The notes: generated by a model not told the origin, from the sequence alone. Shown: positions 9,644 through 19,973, counted from the stretch's first letter. The stretch: DNA of 63,210 nucleotides from an uncultured Curvibacter sp. (GCA_903902035.1 CAIUTG010000005.1:1-63210), one strand, 5' to 3'. Translations and numbers: made by a program.

Positions 9644-10585
9644 ATGGTCACCAAAAAACTGAAAGGACTCGGACGCGGTTTGGAAGCCTTGTTGGGCCCA
9701 CACGCCATGAACTCGGACCCGTTGCGGCCCGCCCAGACAGACCAGTTGCCCAGCAGCTTGTTGTTGACCGAAATGGTGCCTGGTGTCTACCAGCCGCGCA
9801 CCCGCATGGACGAGGGCGCCTTGTATGAGCTGGCCGAAAGCATCAAGGCGCAGGGCATCATGCAGCCCATTTTGGTCCGGCCTTTGGCGGCCCCTGTTGA
9901 CCAGCCCGATGCGCCCGCCCGTTATGAAATCATCGCGGGCGAGCGGCGCTTTCGTGCGGCCAAATTGGCCGGTTTGGACCGCGTCCCGGTGTTGGTGCGT
10001 GAGGTGCCAGACCAAGCCACGGCCGCCATGGCCTTGATTGAGAATATTCAGCGCGAAGACCTGAACCCGCTGGAAGAAGCACAAGGCTTGCAACGGCTGG
10101 TCAAAGAGTTTGGCCTGAGCCACGAAGAGGCCGCCCAGGCGGTGGGACGTTCGCGCAGTGCGGCCTCCAATCTGTTGCGTTTGCTGAACCTGGCCGATCC
10201 GGTGCAAACCATGCTCATGGCGGGCGATGTGGACATGGGCCATGCGCGGGCCTTGCTGGCTTTGGACCGTGCTTCCCAAATCACGGCGGCGCACCAGATC
10301 GTTGCCAAAAAGATGTCGGTTCGCGAGGCCGAGGCCTTGGTCAAAAAAGTGGGCGCTGAATTTCATTTGGTGTCACCCAAAGCCAGTAGCAAAAGCAAAG
10401 AAAAATCACGCGACTTGAAGCGCATCGAAGAGGAGTTGTCAGACCTTTTCACGGCCGAGGTCGAGGTTCGGATCAAAAAGCGCGTCAAACGTGCGGGCCG
10501 GGTTGAAGAGATGGGGGAGCTGACGGTGCAGTTCAGCACCCTGGATGAGTTGAACGGCCTGATTGAGCGCCTCAGGGCGGCTTAA
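9644..10585 (+). CDS. parB: Chromosome partitioning protein ParB
   Basis: KGLGRGLEALL, YQPR, IIAGERRFRAA, ENIQREDLNPLEEA. Confidence 0.97.
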   Translation: MVTKKLKGLGRGLEALLGPHAMNSDPLRPAQTDQLPSSLLLTEMVPGVYQPRTRMDEGALYELAESIKAQGIMQPILVRPLAAPVDQPDAPARYEIIAGERRFRAAKLAGLDRVPVLVREVPDQATAAMALIENIQREDLNPLEEAQGLQRLVKEFGLSHEEAAQAVGRSRSAASNLLRLLNLADPVQTMLMAGDVDMGHARALLALDRASQITAAHQIVAKKMSVREAEALVKKVGAEFHLVSPKASSKSKEKSRDLKRIEEELSDLFTAEVEVRIKKRVKRAGRVEEMGELTVQFSTLDELNGLIERLRAA

Positions 10586-10603
10586 CGTCAGGCTGGTTTC
10601 GCC

Positions 10604-11566
10604 ATGCCCGCATCCGCATTGAGCCGATGGCGCCGCGACCTGGTTGGGCTGATTTTGTGGGTGGCCGGGGGGTTTGGTGCCGCCGTGGTCGGCAATGGGT
10701 CGGAGTGGGTGACGCGTTTTGCCCAACGGTATGAGGCTTGGCAGCTGGATGAATGGCCCTTGGGCTTGTTGTTTTTGGCCTTGGGCCTGTGCTGGTTTAT
10801 CTGGCGCAGGATGAGCGAGCTCCATGCCTTGCTGACACAAAACCACGAGCTTGCACAACGCCTGATCACGGTGCAGGAGGATGAGCGGCGGGCCATTGCC
10901 CGCGAATTGCACGATGAATTTGGCCAAGGCTGTACCGCCATTCGCCTGGAGGCCCAATGCGTGCAAGGCCTGAGTCAGGGCACCACCAATCAGGCGGCTT
11001 TGTGTGAGAGTGCCCGCCGCATCGACGGGGCCGCCCATGGCCTTTATGCATTGGTGCAAAACCGCTTGAAGCAACTGCGTCCGCAAGACCTGGAGGGGCT
11101 GGGCTTGTTTGCCGCGGTTCAGGAGATGTGTGAGCAATGGGAGATGCAAGCCGGCGTTTCTTGTGTTTTTTTCCCGCCTTCGCCCAGCATGCAGAACCAG
11201 CTGTTGCAGCAACAGGGAGACGCCTTTCAGGTGGCGGTTTACCGCATCGTTCAAGAAGCCTTGACGAATGTGGCGCGTCACGCCCGGGCCAGTCAAGTGA
11301 AGGTCCGCATGGTGGTGTCGGATGCCCCAGCCGTCCTGCGGTTGGAAATTCAAGACGACGGGGTGGGTCTGGCGCGTTTCAGCCGGGGGCTGGAGGCGGG
11401 AGGGGGCACGGGCTTTGGTTTGTTGGGCATGCAAGAGCGGGCCGCAGCGTTGGGGGGTGAGCTGACTTTGTTGAGCCGCAACGAGCCTGAAAACCGCTTT
11501 CAGTCGGGCGACGCCTGTGGCTGTTTGGTGCGAGTGACATTGCCCTTGAAAAAGGCGCCCGCATGA
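10604..11566 (+). CDS. Sensor histidine kinase, HisKA_3 (NarX/UhpB-like)
   Basis: Two N-terminal hydrophobic segments; EDERRAIARELHDEFGQ H-box; QEALTNVARHA; DDGVG; GFGLLGMQERA. Confidence 0.92.
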   Translation: MPASALSRWRRDLVGLILWVAGGFGAAVVGNGSEWVTRFAQRYEAWQLDEWPLGLLFLALGLCWFIWRRMSELHALLTQNHELAQRLITVQEDERRAIARELHDEFGQGCTAIRLEAQCVQGLSQGTTNQAALCESARRIDGAAHGLYALVQNRLKQLRPQDLEGLGLFAAVQEMCEQWEMQAGVSCVFFPPSPSMQNQLLQQQGDAFQVAVYRIVQEALTNVARHARASQVKVRMVVSDAPAVLRLEIQDDGVGLARFSRGLEAGGGTGFGLLGMQERAAALGGELTLLSRNEPENRFQSGDACGCLVRVTLPLKKAPA

Positions 11567-12201
11567 TTCGCGTTTTGTTGCTCGATGACCACCCGGTGGT
11601 CCGCGATGGCGCCAAACGCCTGTTGGAGCAGACGGGCCAGATCCAAGTGGTGGGTGATTATGGGACGTCTGAAGCGGCTTTGCTGGCTTGTCGTCAGCAG
11701 TCGCCGCAGGTGGTGGTCCTGGACCTGTCCTTGGGACCTGTTCATGGCTTGGATTGCTTGACCGAGCTGCTGCTCGCGCAGCCACAAATCAAGGTCTTGC
11801 TGTTCAGCATGCACGACGCCCCCACCTTGGTGAAGCGGGCCTTGAGCTTGGGGGCGGCCGGTTTTGTCAGCAAGCAGGCCCCGCCAGACAGTTTGGTGGC
11901 GGCGGTCCTGGCCGTGCACCGAGGGGAGTGCTACCTCAGCCACGACTTGGCACAGCGCATTCGCCTGAACGCCGATCCCGGTGAGGCCTTGCTGGCCAGC
12001 CTGAGCCCCAGAGAGCTGGAGGTTTTCCGTTGTTTGGTCCAAGGCCTGTCGGTCGCTGCCAGCGCCAAAAAACTGGGCCTCAGCGCCAAAACCGTGTCCA
12101 ATCACCAAACCACCATCAAGGAAAAGCTGCAAGTCGAAACCACGGCGGCGCTGGTGCACCTGGCTATAAAGCATGCTTTGTGGCCGGGCGACTTTGTTTG
12201 A
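11563..12201 (+). CDS. NarL/LuxR-family response regulator
   Basis: LLDDHPVVRDG, VVLDLSL, LSPRELEV...AKKLGLSAKTVSNH; ATGA overlap with the kinase. Confidence 0.93.
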   Translation: MIRVLLLDDHPVVRDGAKRLLEQTGQIQVVGDYGTSEAALLACRQQSPQVVVLDLSLGPVHGLDCLTELLLAQPQIKVLLFSMHDAPTLVKRALSLGAAGFVSKQAPPDSLVAAVLAVHRGECYLSHDLAQRIRLNADPGEALLASLSPRELEVFRCLVQGLSVAASAKKLGLSAKTVSNHQTTIKEKLQVETTAALVHLAIKHALWPGDFV

Positions 12202-12216
12202 GCGGGTCGAAAAACC

Positions 12217-12257
12217 AGGGACTTACCCTTGAATTTGTGGTGACGGGAATTTTTCCC
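12217..12257. promoter_or_regulatory. Two imperfect GGG..CCC dyads upstream of the TonB receptor (candidate regulator sites)
   Basis: AGGGACTTACCCT 12217-12229 and GGGAATTTTTCCC 12245-12257. Confidence 0.4.
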
Positions 12258-12347
12258 TAGGTCATTGAAGGCCTCTTTTTTACAGTCCCTCTGAAAAACA
12301 AACCAGCCCCTTTTGCGGTGGCTGCATGAATCAAGGAGACACCGGCT

Positions 12348-14948
12348 GTGTTCAAGAACAAAAAACCGCTGAAAACCACGCCCATGGCCCTGGCCCTGGC
12401 GAGCACCTTGCTGGTCGCCGAGTGCTTGTGCGGCTCGGCCCTTGCCGCCGAACCAGAATTGCCCGTGGTCGAAATTGTGGGCAACACCATCCTTGGCGGC
12501 TCGGGGGTGCGGCTGGCAGATGCGCCCGCGAATGTTCAGGTCATCAAATCCTCGGTCATCGTGGACCAGGGCAGTGCCAATTTGGCAGACCTGTTGAACA
12601 ACAACCTGGGTTCCGTGACGGTCAGCAATGGCACGGGCAATGCCTACCAAAACGATGTGGCCTACCGGGGGTTTCAGGCGACCTCTTTGTTGGGGGCACC
12701 CACGGGCTTGTCGGTTTACTTTGATGGCGTGCGGATGAATGAGCCCTTTGGTGCGAATGTCAATTGGGACTTGATTCCGATGAATGCCCTTTCCGAAATC
12801 GAAGTCATGCCTGGCTCCAACCCCATGTTTGGCCTGAACACCCTGGGCGGGGCCTTGGTCCTGAACACCAAAAATGGCAAAGACAACCCAGGGACGGCCA
12901 TCGGTATTTTGGGGGGCTCATTTCATCGGCGGGCCCTGAATTTTGAAACAGGGTGGGCCGATCTGGATCGGAACAGCGACTTCTTTATCGCGGGCAATGA
13001 AGATGTCCAGGACGGGTTCAGGCAATACTCCTTCACCAAGGTGCAGCAGCTGTATGGGAAGGCCCGCTGGCACGATGACAACACCAAAGCCGAGGTTTCG
13101 GTGGCCTTGGCCGACAACATTTTGTATGGCACGGGCGCATTGCCCCCCGACATGTTGTCCACACCCAGCCAGGCCTATACCTGGCCTGACAACACGGTGA
13201 ACAACCTGTTTTTGCTGAATGGCAAATTTGACCATGAGTTGCAGGATGGCGACCTCCTCAGCGGCAACTTCTATTACCGCCGCGCCAATCAGTCGGCTGC
13301 CAACAGCAATGTGCAAGACGACGATGGCTGTGCCAACCAGGTCGGCCATTGTGCCCTGTATGGTCCCAGTGGGACGCCTGGCACCAACAGCGTGAATACC
13401 TGGATCAGCGCCGGCACGGCCGCTGGGCGGACCTCCACCCAATACCCGGGCTACTCTTACACCGACAATGCCAACACCACCATGGTCTATGCCAGAACCC
13501 ACCAGGACACCGTGGGTGCCAATTTGATGTGGACCAATGCCGACGACAAGTTGTGGGATCGAAACAACACCTTGAGTTTGGGCCTGTCCTTGGACGCCTC
13601 CAGGGTCAGCTACAACCAGAACACCGATTTGGCCCAACTGATCAATTACCAGACGGTGGTTCAGCCCAACAACCTGAAATACTGTGCCCCTGGTGCGACC
13701 CAGTGCGCCCAATTCAGTGCTTTGCAAGATGCGGTCAACGTCTCGTCAAACAGTCAAAACTTCAGCATTTTCTTGACCGATCAGCTCGAAGTCACGGAGC
13801 GCTTGAAGCTGACCGCCTCGGGCAGTTTCAACGCCAGCTGGTTGAATATGTCGGGCGCCAACAACCAGTATTTGAATGACGATGGCGGCTACACCTGGAA
13901 AGACGACAGCACCGGCACGCGCTACATCAACCCCGCTTATCTGATGGCCAGCGGCAACCAATACGTGACGCGCTTTTCTGGTGTCGGGCAGCCTGGGTAT
14001 GCCTCCTATACCTATCAACCGGGTGCCAATACCTACACCAAAGGCACCACGGTTTATGCGGCGGGGCCCGACTCGCAAAGCCTGAATGGCGACCACCATT
14101 TTCAACGGTTCAACCCAGCGTTGGGCTTCAGCTACTTGGCTGCCAAAAACACCAATGTGTTTGGTGGTGTGAGCCAATCCATGCGAGCGCCCACGGCGAT
14201 TGAGATGACCTGCGCCAACCCGGACAGCCCCTGTGCCTTGCCCACCGGCTTTCAAGGGGACCCCGATTTGAAGGCCGTGGTGGCCACGACCTATGAACTC
14301 GGCGCGCGCAGCCGGTCAGACGATGGCTTGGCCTGGAATGTTGCCCTCTACGACACCCGAATTCAAAACGACATCCAGTTTGTCTCGACCAATGCCAGCC
14401 AAGGGTATTTTGCCAATGTGGGCACCACCGAGCGCAGGGGGTTGGATTTGGGCATCAGCAAAAAAACCGGGCCTTTGCTCCTGTCGGCCAATTACGGCTT
14501 TGTGGACGCCATTTACCGATCGACTTGGACCAACACACAAGGCGAGACGGTGGTCAGTGGCAATGTGATTCCGGGCATTCCACGCGAATCCCTCAAGCTG
14601 CGGGGGGCCTATGAGTTCTCACCCGAGGTGATGGCCGGGGTCAATTTGCTGGCGGTCAGCGGCCAGTATGCGCATGGCGACGAGGGCAACCAAATGGCCC
14701 GAGTGCCGGGCTATGCGACGGTGAATTTGGACCTGCATTACCAAATCAATGACCAGTTGTTGCTGACAGGAATCGTCAGCAACCTGTTCAACAAAAGGTA
14801 CGTCACCTATGGTGTGGTCAGTCAAAATGTTTACACCAACGGCAACACCGATCAAATGTTCTTGACCCCAGCGCCGCCGGTGGCGGCCTGGGTTGGTCTG
14901 ACGTATACCTTTGGCGGGAAGAAACTGAAGGCGGTTGACAAGGACTGA
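12348..14948 (+). CDS. TonB-dependent outer membrane receptor
   Basis: Signal peptide; TonB-box-like LPVVEIVG; plug YRGF...DGVRMNEPFG..VNWDLIP...PGSNPMFGLNTLGGAL; barrel end VGLTYTF; SD AGGAGA before GTG. Confidence 0.93.
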   Translation: MFKNKKPLKTTPMALALASTLLVAECLCGSALAAEPELPVVEIVGNTILGGSGVRLADAPANVQVIKSSVIVDQGSANLADLLNNNLGSVTVSNGTGNAYQNDVAYRGFQATSLLGAPTGLSVYFDGVRMNEPFGANVNWDLIPMNALSEIEVMPGSNPMFGLNTLGGALVLNTKNGKDNPGTAIGILGGSFHRRALNFETGWADLDRNSDFFIAGNEDVQDGFRQYSFTKVQQLYGKARWHDDNTKAEVSVALADNILYGTGALPPDMLSTPSQAYTWPDNTVNNLFLLNGKFDHELQDGDLLSGNFYYRRANQSAANSNVQDDDGCANQVGHCALYGPSGTPGTNSVNTWISAGTAAGRTSTQYPGYSYTDNANTTMVYARTHQDTVGANLMWTNADDKLWDRNNTLSLGLSLDASRVSYNQNTDLAQLINYQTVVQPNNLKYCAPGATQCAQFSALQDAVNVSSNSQNFSIFLTDQLEVTERLKLTASGSFNASWLNMSGANNQYLNDDGGYTWKDDSTGTRYINPAYLMASGNQYVTRFSGVGQPGYASYTYQPGANTYTKGTTVYAAGPDSQSLNGDHHFQRFNPALGFSYLAAKNTNVFGGVSQSMRAPTAIEMTCANPDSPCALPTGFQGDPDLKAVVATTYELGARSRSDDGLAWNVALYDTRIQNDIQFVSTNASQGYFANVGTTERRGLDLGISKKTGPLLLSANYGFVDAIYRSTWTNTQGETVVSGNVIPGIPRESLKLRGAYEFSPEVMAGVNLLAVSGQYAHGDEGNQMARVPGYATVNLDLHYQINDQLLLTGIVSNLFNKRYVTYGVVSQNVYTNGNTDQMFLTPAPPVAAWVGLTYTFGGKKLKAVDKD

Positions 14949-14981
14949 ATCAAAACGTCAAAACGCGCCCTCGGCGCGAAC

Positions 14982-15242
14982 TCAGCGCGGCTCAGGCAAT
15001 TCGATCTTGACCTCAAGCACATCAAAATTGTCCTGGCGCTCCAGGTTCACTTTGATGTCGTTGGGGTTGATCGACACATACTTGGAAATCACGGCAATCA
15101 GCTCACGTTGCAGGTCGGGCAAATAGTCCGGACTGCCCGCGTTGCGGCCGCTGCGCTCGTGGGCCAGGATGATTTGCAGCCGCTCTTTGGCCACACTGGC
15201 CGTCTTTTTTTTCTCGCCCAGCAGAAAAGACAAAAATGACAT
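14982..15242 (-). CDS. minE: Cell division topological specificity factor MinE
   Basis: [34 protein letters not shown]. Confidence 0.97.
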   Translation of the reverse strand: MSFLSFLLGEKKKTASVAKERLQIILAHERSGRNAGSPDYLPDLQRELIAVISKYVSINPNDIKVNLERQDNFDVLEVKIELPEPR

Positions 15243-15245
15243 GGT

Positions 15246-16061
15246 TCAACGGCCTCCAAACATGCGTTTGAAAAAGCCGGGCTTGACGGGCTCGGTAAAG
15301 CGCAAGGGCTTGTCTTCACCCAGGAAACGCGCGATCACGTCTTTGTAGGCCTCGGACACATCGCTGTCTTGCAAGTGAATGGCCGGCATCCCCTGGTTGC
15401 TGGACTGCAGCACGGTTTCAGACTCAGGAATCACGCCAATCAGGTCAATTCGCAAGATGTCTTTGATGTCGTCCAGCGACAGCATTTGACCGTCTTCCAC
15501 GCGGTTCGGGTTGTAGCGGGTGATCAGCAAATGCTCTTTGATGGGTTCCAGGCCCTCAATCGCGCGTTTGGTCTTGGAGCCCAGCATGCCCAAAATGCGG
15601 TCCGAGTCGCGCACCGAAGACACCTCGGGGTTGGTCACCAACAGCGCTTCATCGGCATAGTGCATGGCCATCAAGGCCCCGGTCTCGATGCCGGCTGGGG
15701 AGTCGCAGACAATGTAGTCAAAGCCCATGTCGCCCAGGTCTTTCAAGACGCGCTCGACCCCTTCTTGCGTCAAGGCCTCTTTGTCGCGGGTTTGCGAGGC
15801 GGCCAAGACAAACAGGTTGTCGCACTGCTTGTCCTTGATGAGCGCCTGGTGCAAGTTGGCTTCGTTTTGAATCACGTTGATCAGGTCATACACCACGCGG
15901 CGTTCGCAGCCCATGATCAGGTCCAGGTTGCGCAGGCCGACGTCAAAGTCGATCACGGCAGTTTTGAAGCCGCGCAGGGCGAGGCCTGAGGCAAAGCTGG
16001 CGCTGGTGGTGGTTTTGCCCACGCCACCTTTGCCCGAAGTCACGACAACGATTTTGGCCAT
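15246..16061 (-). CDS. minD: Septum site-determining ATPase MinD
   Basis: TSGKGGVGKTTT, DFDVGLRNLD, C-terminal GFFKRMFGG helix. Confidence 0.98.
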   Translation of the reverse strand: MAKIVVVTSGKGGVGKTTTSASFASGLALRGFKTAVIDFDVGLRNLDLIMGCERRVVYDLINVIQNEANLHQALIKDKQCDNLFVLAASQTRDKEALTQEGVERVLKDLGDMGFDYIVCDSPAGIETGALMAMHYADEALLVTNPEVSSVRDSDRILGMLGSKTKRAIEGLEPIKEHLLITRYNPNRVEDGQMLSLDDIKDILRIDLIGVIPESETVLQSSNQGMPAIHLQDSDVSEAYKDVIARFLGEDKPLRFTEPVKPGFFKRMFGGR

Positions 16062-16082
16062 GTCTGTTGAGTCCTTTGAAAA

Positions 16083-16862
16083 TTAAACAGGGGTGATCAG
16101 CAACTTCTCGCCGACCAATTTGATTTGGGTGGCCTTGCTGGCCATCTCGGCCGGCAGGGCCGTGTCGAAAGCACGGTAGTTGCCCGCAATGGAAACCAGC
16201 TCGGCTTCCATGCAGGTGGTAAAAATGCGGGCCTCGGTGTTGCCTCGGGCACCGGCCACGGCGCGGCCCCGCAGCGGGGCGTAGACGTGGACATGCCCGT
16301 CGGCAATCACCTCAGCGCCGTGGCTGACCATGCCCAGCACAATGATGTCGCCGCCTTTGGCATACACCCGTTGACCCGAGCGCAGCGGCTTGTCCACGAC
16401 CAAGGTGCCCGTCGCGGGCACGGGCACTTCAACCTGAACCTCCACCGGCACGGCCACGGCGACCTCACGGATCACCTCACGCACGGCTTTGTGCGCGGTT
16501 TTGCGTGATTCGGCACTGGCAATTTGTGCATCGGGCGTGTGCACCAGGCCTGCGCGCAGCGCGTCAGCGGTTTGTACTTCGTTGCCACCCCGCACGGCGA
16601 TTGGCAGGACTTGGTGTTGCTTGAGCAACTTGACCAGGGCTTTGAAGTCCAGGCTTTCGCTGCTGTTGGCGATGGCACTCAGGTCGAGCACCAAGGGGTC
16701 GTTGGCGAAAAAATCGGGAGAGTCGTCGAGCTTGCTGCCCAGCTCACGCATCAGCAAAGCCTGATCGGTGGTTTTGAGCAGCAAGGCCACCAAGGTCAAG
16801 GTGGCACTTTTGAAGTCAAAGTGGGCGCGGGCTTGGCTGGAGGGCGCACCGGTTGTGGGCAT
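16083..16862 (-). CDS. minC: Septum site-determining protein MinC
   Basis: PLRSGQRVYA, GAEVIADGHVHVYAPLRGRAVAGA; start chosen at ATG 16862. Confidence 0.95.
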   Translation of the reverse strand: MPTTGAPSSQARAHFDFKSATLTLVALLLKTTDQALLMRELGSKLDDSPDFFANDPLVLDLSAIANSSESLDFKALVKLLKQHQVLPIAVRGGNEVQTADALRAGLVHTPDAQIASAESRKTAHKAVREVIREVAVAVPVEVQVEVPVPATGTLVVDKPLRSGQRVYAKGGDIIVLGMVSHGAEVIADGHVHVYAPLRGRAVAGARGNTEARIFTTCMEAELVSIAGNYRAFDTALPAEMASKATQIKLVGEKLLITPV

Positions 16863-16887
16863 GGTGGGTGTCGTGGAAAGGGGGTTT

Positions 16888-18990
16888 TTAAGAGGCTTTA
16901 GTGTAACTTGCGTCGGTGCTCGATGAAGTGCGGGCCAGATGGGCTTTTGCAAAGGCCACATACCAAGTCAGGCAAGCGGGGTTGGCCATGGCGTCGGGGT
17001 TGATGACCTTGTCCAGGGGTTGACCGAGCAAGAGTTTTTTGATGGGCAGCTCTTGTTTTTTGCCCGTGAGGGTGCGTGGAATTTCGGCCACTTGAAAAAC
17101 CCCGTTGGGCACAAAGCGGGGCGATAAGGCGTCTTTGATGGCCTGGTTCAGGCGTTGGCGCAGGGGCTCATCGAGTTGCAAACCGGGGCGCAGCGCGACG
17201 AACAAAGGCATGTAGCTGTCGCGGCCCAGGTATTCCAGGTCAACGACCATCGAGTCCAGCACCTCGGGCAGGGCCTCGACGGCGCGGTACAACTCGCTGG
17301 TGCCCATGCGCAGGCCGTGGCGGTTGATGGTGGCGTCGGAGCGGCCATAGATCACGCAACTGCCGTCGGGATAAATGCGCAACCAGTCGCCGTGACGCCA
17401 GACCCCACCCGCTTCGGCGGGCAGATCGCCGCCCCCGGGGCGGCGCCCCAGCCCTGGCGGGTACATGTCGAAATAGCTCGACACATAGCGCGCGTTTTGG
17501 GTGTCTCCCCAAAAATAAAGCGGCATCGACGGCAGCGGTTGGCTGCAAATGAGTTCGCCCACCTCGTCCAGCACCGGCTGGCCCTGCTCGTTCCAGGCCT
17601 CCACGGCGCAACCCAGCAAACGGCATTGCATGCGCCCCGGGGTTTGCGCCAGCTCTCGGTTGCCGCCAATGAAGGCCCCTGCAAAGTCGGTGCCGCCCGA
17701 GATGTTGCACCACCAAATGTCGGGCGTCCCCAGGCGTTTGAACTGCTCACTGCCCCAGACTTGGGTCTCGGCCGACAGGGGCGAGCCGGTGGTGCCCAGC
17801 GCACGTACCGAGGACAAATCGCCGCAGGCTTGCAAGTCCACACCCGCCTTCATGCAGTTGGCGAAAAAGGCCGCGCCCGCGCCAAAGAAGGTGACCCGGT
17901 GTTCCGCAGCAAAACGCCACAATGTGCCCCAGTCGGGCGCGTCTTTGGTGCCTCCGGGGTTGCCATCGAAAATCACACAGGTGGTGCCACTCAACAAGCC
18001 GCTCATTTGCGCGTTCCACATGACCCAGCCGGTGGAGCTGTACCAGTGATATCGCTCGCCCCAGGAGTTGGGCGCGTAGCTGCAACCCACATCGTTGTGC
18101 AGGGTTTTGAGCGTCAGGGCCACCAGCACCGTGCCACCATGGCTGTGCACGATGGGCTTGGGCATGCCCGTGGTGCCGCTTGAATAAACAATCCACAGCG
18201 GGTGGTCAAAGGGCAACCACTCGGGCGCAAAGGCCGCCACCTCGGGGCCGCTCAAGGCGCAGGCCGCGTGGAACGAGTGGCTGTTGGGCAAGGTCGCATC
18301 GGGCTGCAAGTTGCCGCACAACAAGGTGTGTTGCACGCTGGGCAGAGCGGCTTGCAGGGCCTGCACCACCGACAGGCGATCGTGGTCTTTGCCAGCGTAG
18401 GTCACCCCGTCACAGGCCAACAGGATTTTGGGCTCGATTTGTCGGAAGCGGTCCAGCACAGCAGCGGTGCCCATGTCGGGGGCGCAAATGCTCCAAATCG
18501 CACCCAGGCTCGCGGTGGCCAGGAAGGCGACCATGGCCTCGGGGATGTTGGGCAGGTAAGCCGCGACCCGGTCTCCCCGCTCGACGCCCAAGGCGCGCAG
18601 GCGCAGCGCCAGCGAGGCGGCTTGGCGTTGCAATTCGGGCCAAGAGAGTTCACGGGTTTGGCCCTTTTCATTGGTGCTGATGAGGGCGGGAAAGCCGGCC
18701 GCATGCGCGGGCCCGGTGTGCCGAAAAACCTGCTGCGCGTAATTCACCTGTGCGCCTGCAAACCAGACGGCGCCCGGCATGGCATTGCGGCTCAAGGCCT
18801 GGCTGTGGGGCGTGGGGGACTGCAAATCAAAATAATCCCAGCAGCTTTGCCAAAAAGCATCCAGCTCCGTGGTCGACCAACGCCACAGCGCGTCGTAGCT
18901 GTCAAAGCGCAGCCCCCGCTCGCGGGCCAGCCAGTCTTGGTAAAGGCGGATTTGGGGCTGAAATGGGGGCGAGGTCAGGTCAGTGTGCAT
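16888..18990 (-). CDS. Acetoacetate-CoA ligase (acetoacetyl-CoA synthetase)
   Basis: YSSGTTGMPKPIVH, ISGGTD, WRHGD, GRSDATINRHGLRMGTSE; start chosen at ATG 18990. Confidence 0.9.
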   Translation of the reverse strand: MHTDLTSPPFQPQIRLYQDWLARERGLRFDSYDALWRWSTTELDAFWQSCWDYFDLQSPTPHSQALSRNAMPGAVWFAGAQVNYAQQVFRHTGPAHAAGFPALISTNEKGQTRELSWPELQRQAASLALRLRALGVERGDRVAAYLPNIPEAMVAFLATASLGAIWSICAPDMGTAAVLDRFRQIEPKILLACDGVTYAGKDHDRLSVVQALQAALPSVQHTLLCGNLQPDATLPNSHSFHAACALSGPEVAAFAPEWLPFDHPLWIVYSSGTTGMPKPIVHSHGGTVLVALTLKTLHNDVGCSYAPNSWGERYHWYSSTGWVMWNAQMSGLLSGTTCVIFDGNPGGTKDAPDWGTLWRFAAEHRVTFFGAGAAFFANCMKAGVDLQACGDLSSVRALGTTGSPLSAETQVWGSEQFKRLGTPDIWWCNISGGTDFAGAFIGGNRELAQTPGRMQCRLLGCAVEAWNEQGQPVLDEVGELICSQPLPSMPLYFWGDTQNARYVSSYFDMYPPGLGRRPGGGDLPAEAGGVWRHGDWLRIYPDGSCVIYGRSDATINRHGLRMGTSELYRAVEALPEVLDSMVVDLEYLGRDSYMPLFVALRPGLQLDEPLRQRLNQAIKDALSPRFVPNGVFQVAEIPRTLTGKKQELPIKKLLLGQPLDKVINPDAMANPACLTWYVAFAKAHLARTSSSTDASYTKAS

Positions 18991-19003
18991 GGCCGTTGGG
19001 CTT

Positions 19004-19966
19004 TCAGGGCAGAGGGTTTGACATGGACGTGGGTGCGGGCTGGGCTGAACGCAGCAAGGCTTGGCGCAACCACTCCAGCGCGGCGGTTTGTTGGGGCCGG
19101 CGCGACCACAGCAGGTCGACATGAACGGGGGCCATCGCAAAAGGCAAGGCGCGCCCCACCAGTTGTTCGGCAATGCCGGTGGATTGGATGAAATGCTGGG
19201 GCAAGACGGTCAGCAGGTCCGACGCCGCCACCACCTGGCCGGCGGTGAAAAACTGGTTAACCGTCAGGACCACCCGCCGTTGGCGGCCCAGATTGCCCAG
19301 GGCTTCGTCCACAAAGCCGAAAGGCCGCCCCGAGAAGCTCACCAGCAAATGGCGTGCTGCGCAATAGGCCTCCAGCGTCAACGGCCCCTGAGCCAAGGGG
19401 TGGTCGCGCCGCATCACGCACAGGTAATTGCTGTCGTACAGGCGCTGGTGTTCAAACGCCAGGCCCATGCCGGCCTGGGTGCGGGCGGTCAAATCGGTCA
19501 TCACGGCAGGAAAATAACCGATGGCCATGTCCGTCACGGCTTCTTCCAACAATCGGCGCGGGTCGCGTGTGGTCAGGGGCAGTACCCGCAGGCTGACGCC
19601 GGGCGCTTCTTGCTCCACAATGCGCAGCAATTGGGGCATCAAGGCGGTGGCGGTGGCGTCGGCCATGCTCAAGGTGAAGGCCTGGTTGGCGCTGGCGGCG
19701 TCAAAGCCCACCGGCATCAAGGTGGCCTCCAGCTGTTGCAGCGTGAGCCGAACTTGGGGCCAGATGCGCTGGGCGTAGGGTGTGGCAGTCACGCCTTGAC
19801 CCCGGCGAACAAACAACTCGTCCTGTAAAACCCCTTTGAGTCGGCGCAAGGCATTGCTGACGGCGGGCTGTGTCAAGGCCAGGGCTTGGGCGGCACGGGT
19901 CAGGCTTTGTTCGGCCATGACGGCATCGAAAATGCGCAAAAGATTGAGGTCGAGTCGGTTGAACAT
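19004..19966 (-). CDS. LysR-family transcriptional regulator
   Basis: LDLNLLRIFDAVMAEQSLTRAA...TQPAVSNALRRL. Confidence 0.95.
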   Translation of the reverse strand: MFNRLDLNLLRIFDAVMAEQSLTRAAQALALTQPAVSNALRRLKGVLQDELFVRRGQGVTATPYAQRIWPQVRLTLQQLEATLMPVGFDAASANQAFTLSMADATATALMPQLLRIVEQEAPGVSLRVLPLTTRDPRRLLEEAVTDMAIGYFPAVMTDLTARTQAGMGLAFEHQRLYDSNYLCVMRRDHPLAQGPLTLEAYCAARHLLVSFSGRPFGFVDEALGNLGRQRRVVLTVNQFFTAGQVVAASDLLTVLPQHFIQSTGIAEQLVGRALPFAMAPVHVDLLWSRRPQQTAALEWLRQALLRSAQPAPTSMSNPLP

Positions 19967-19973
19967 TCAATTC

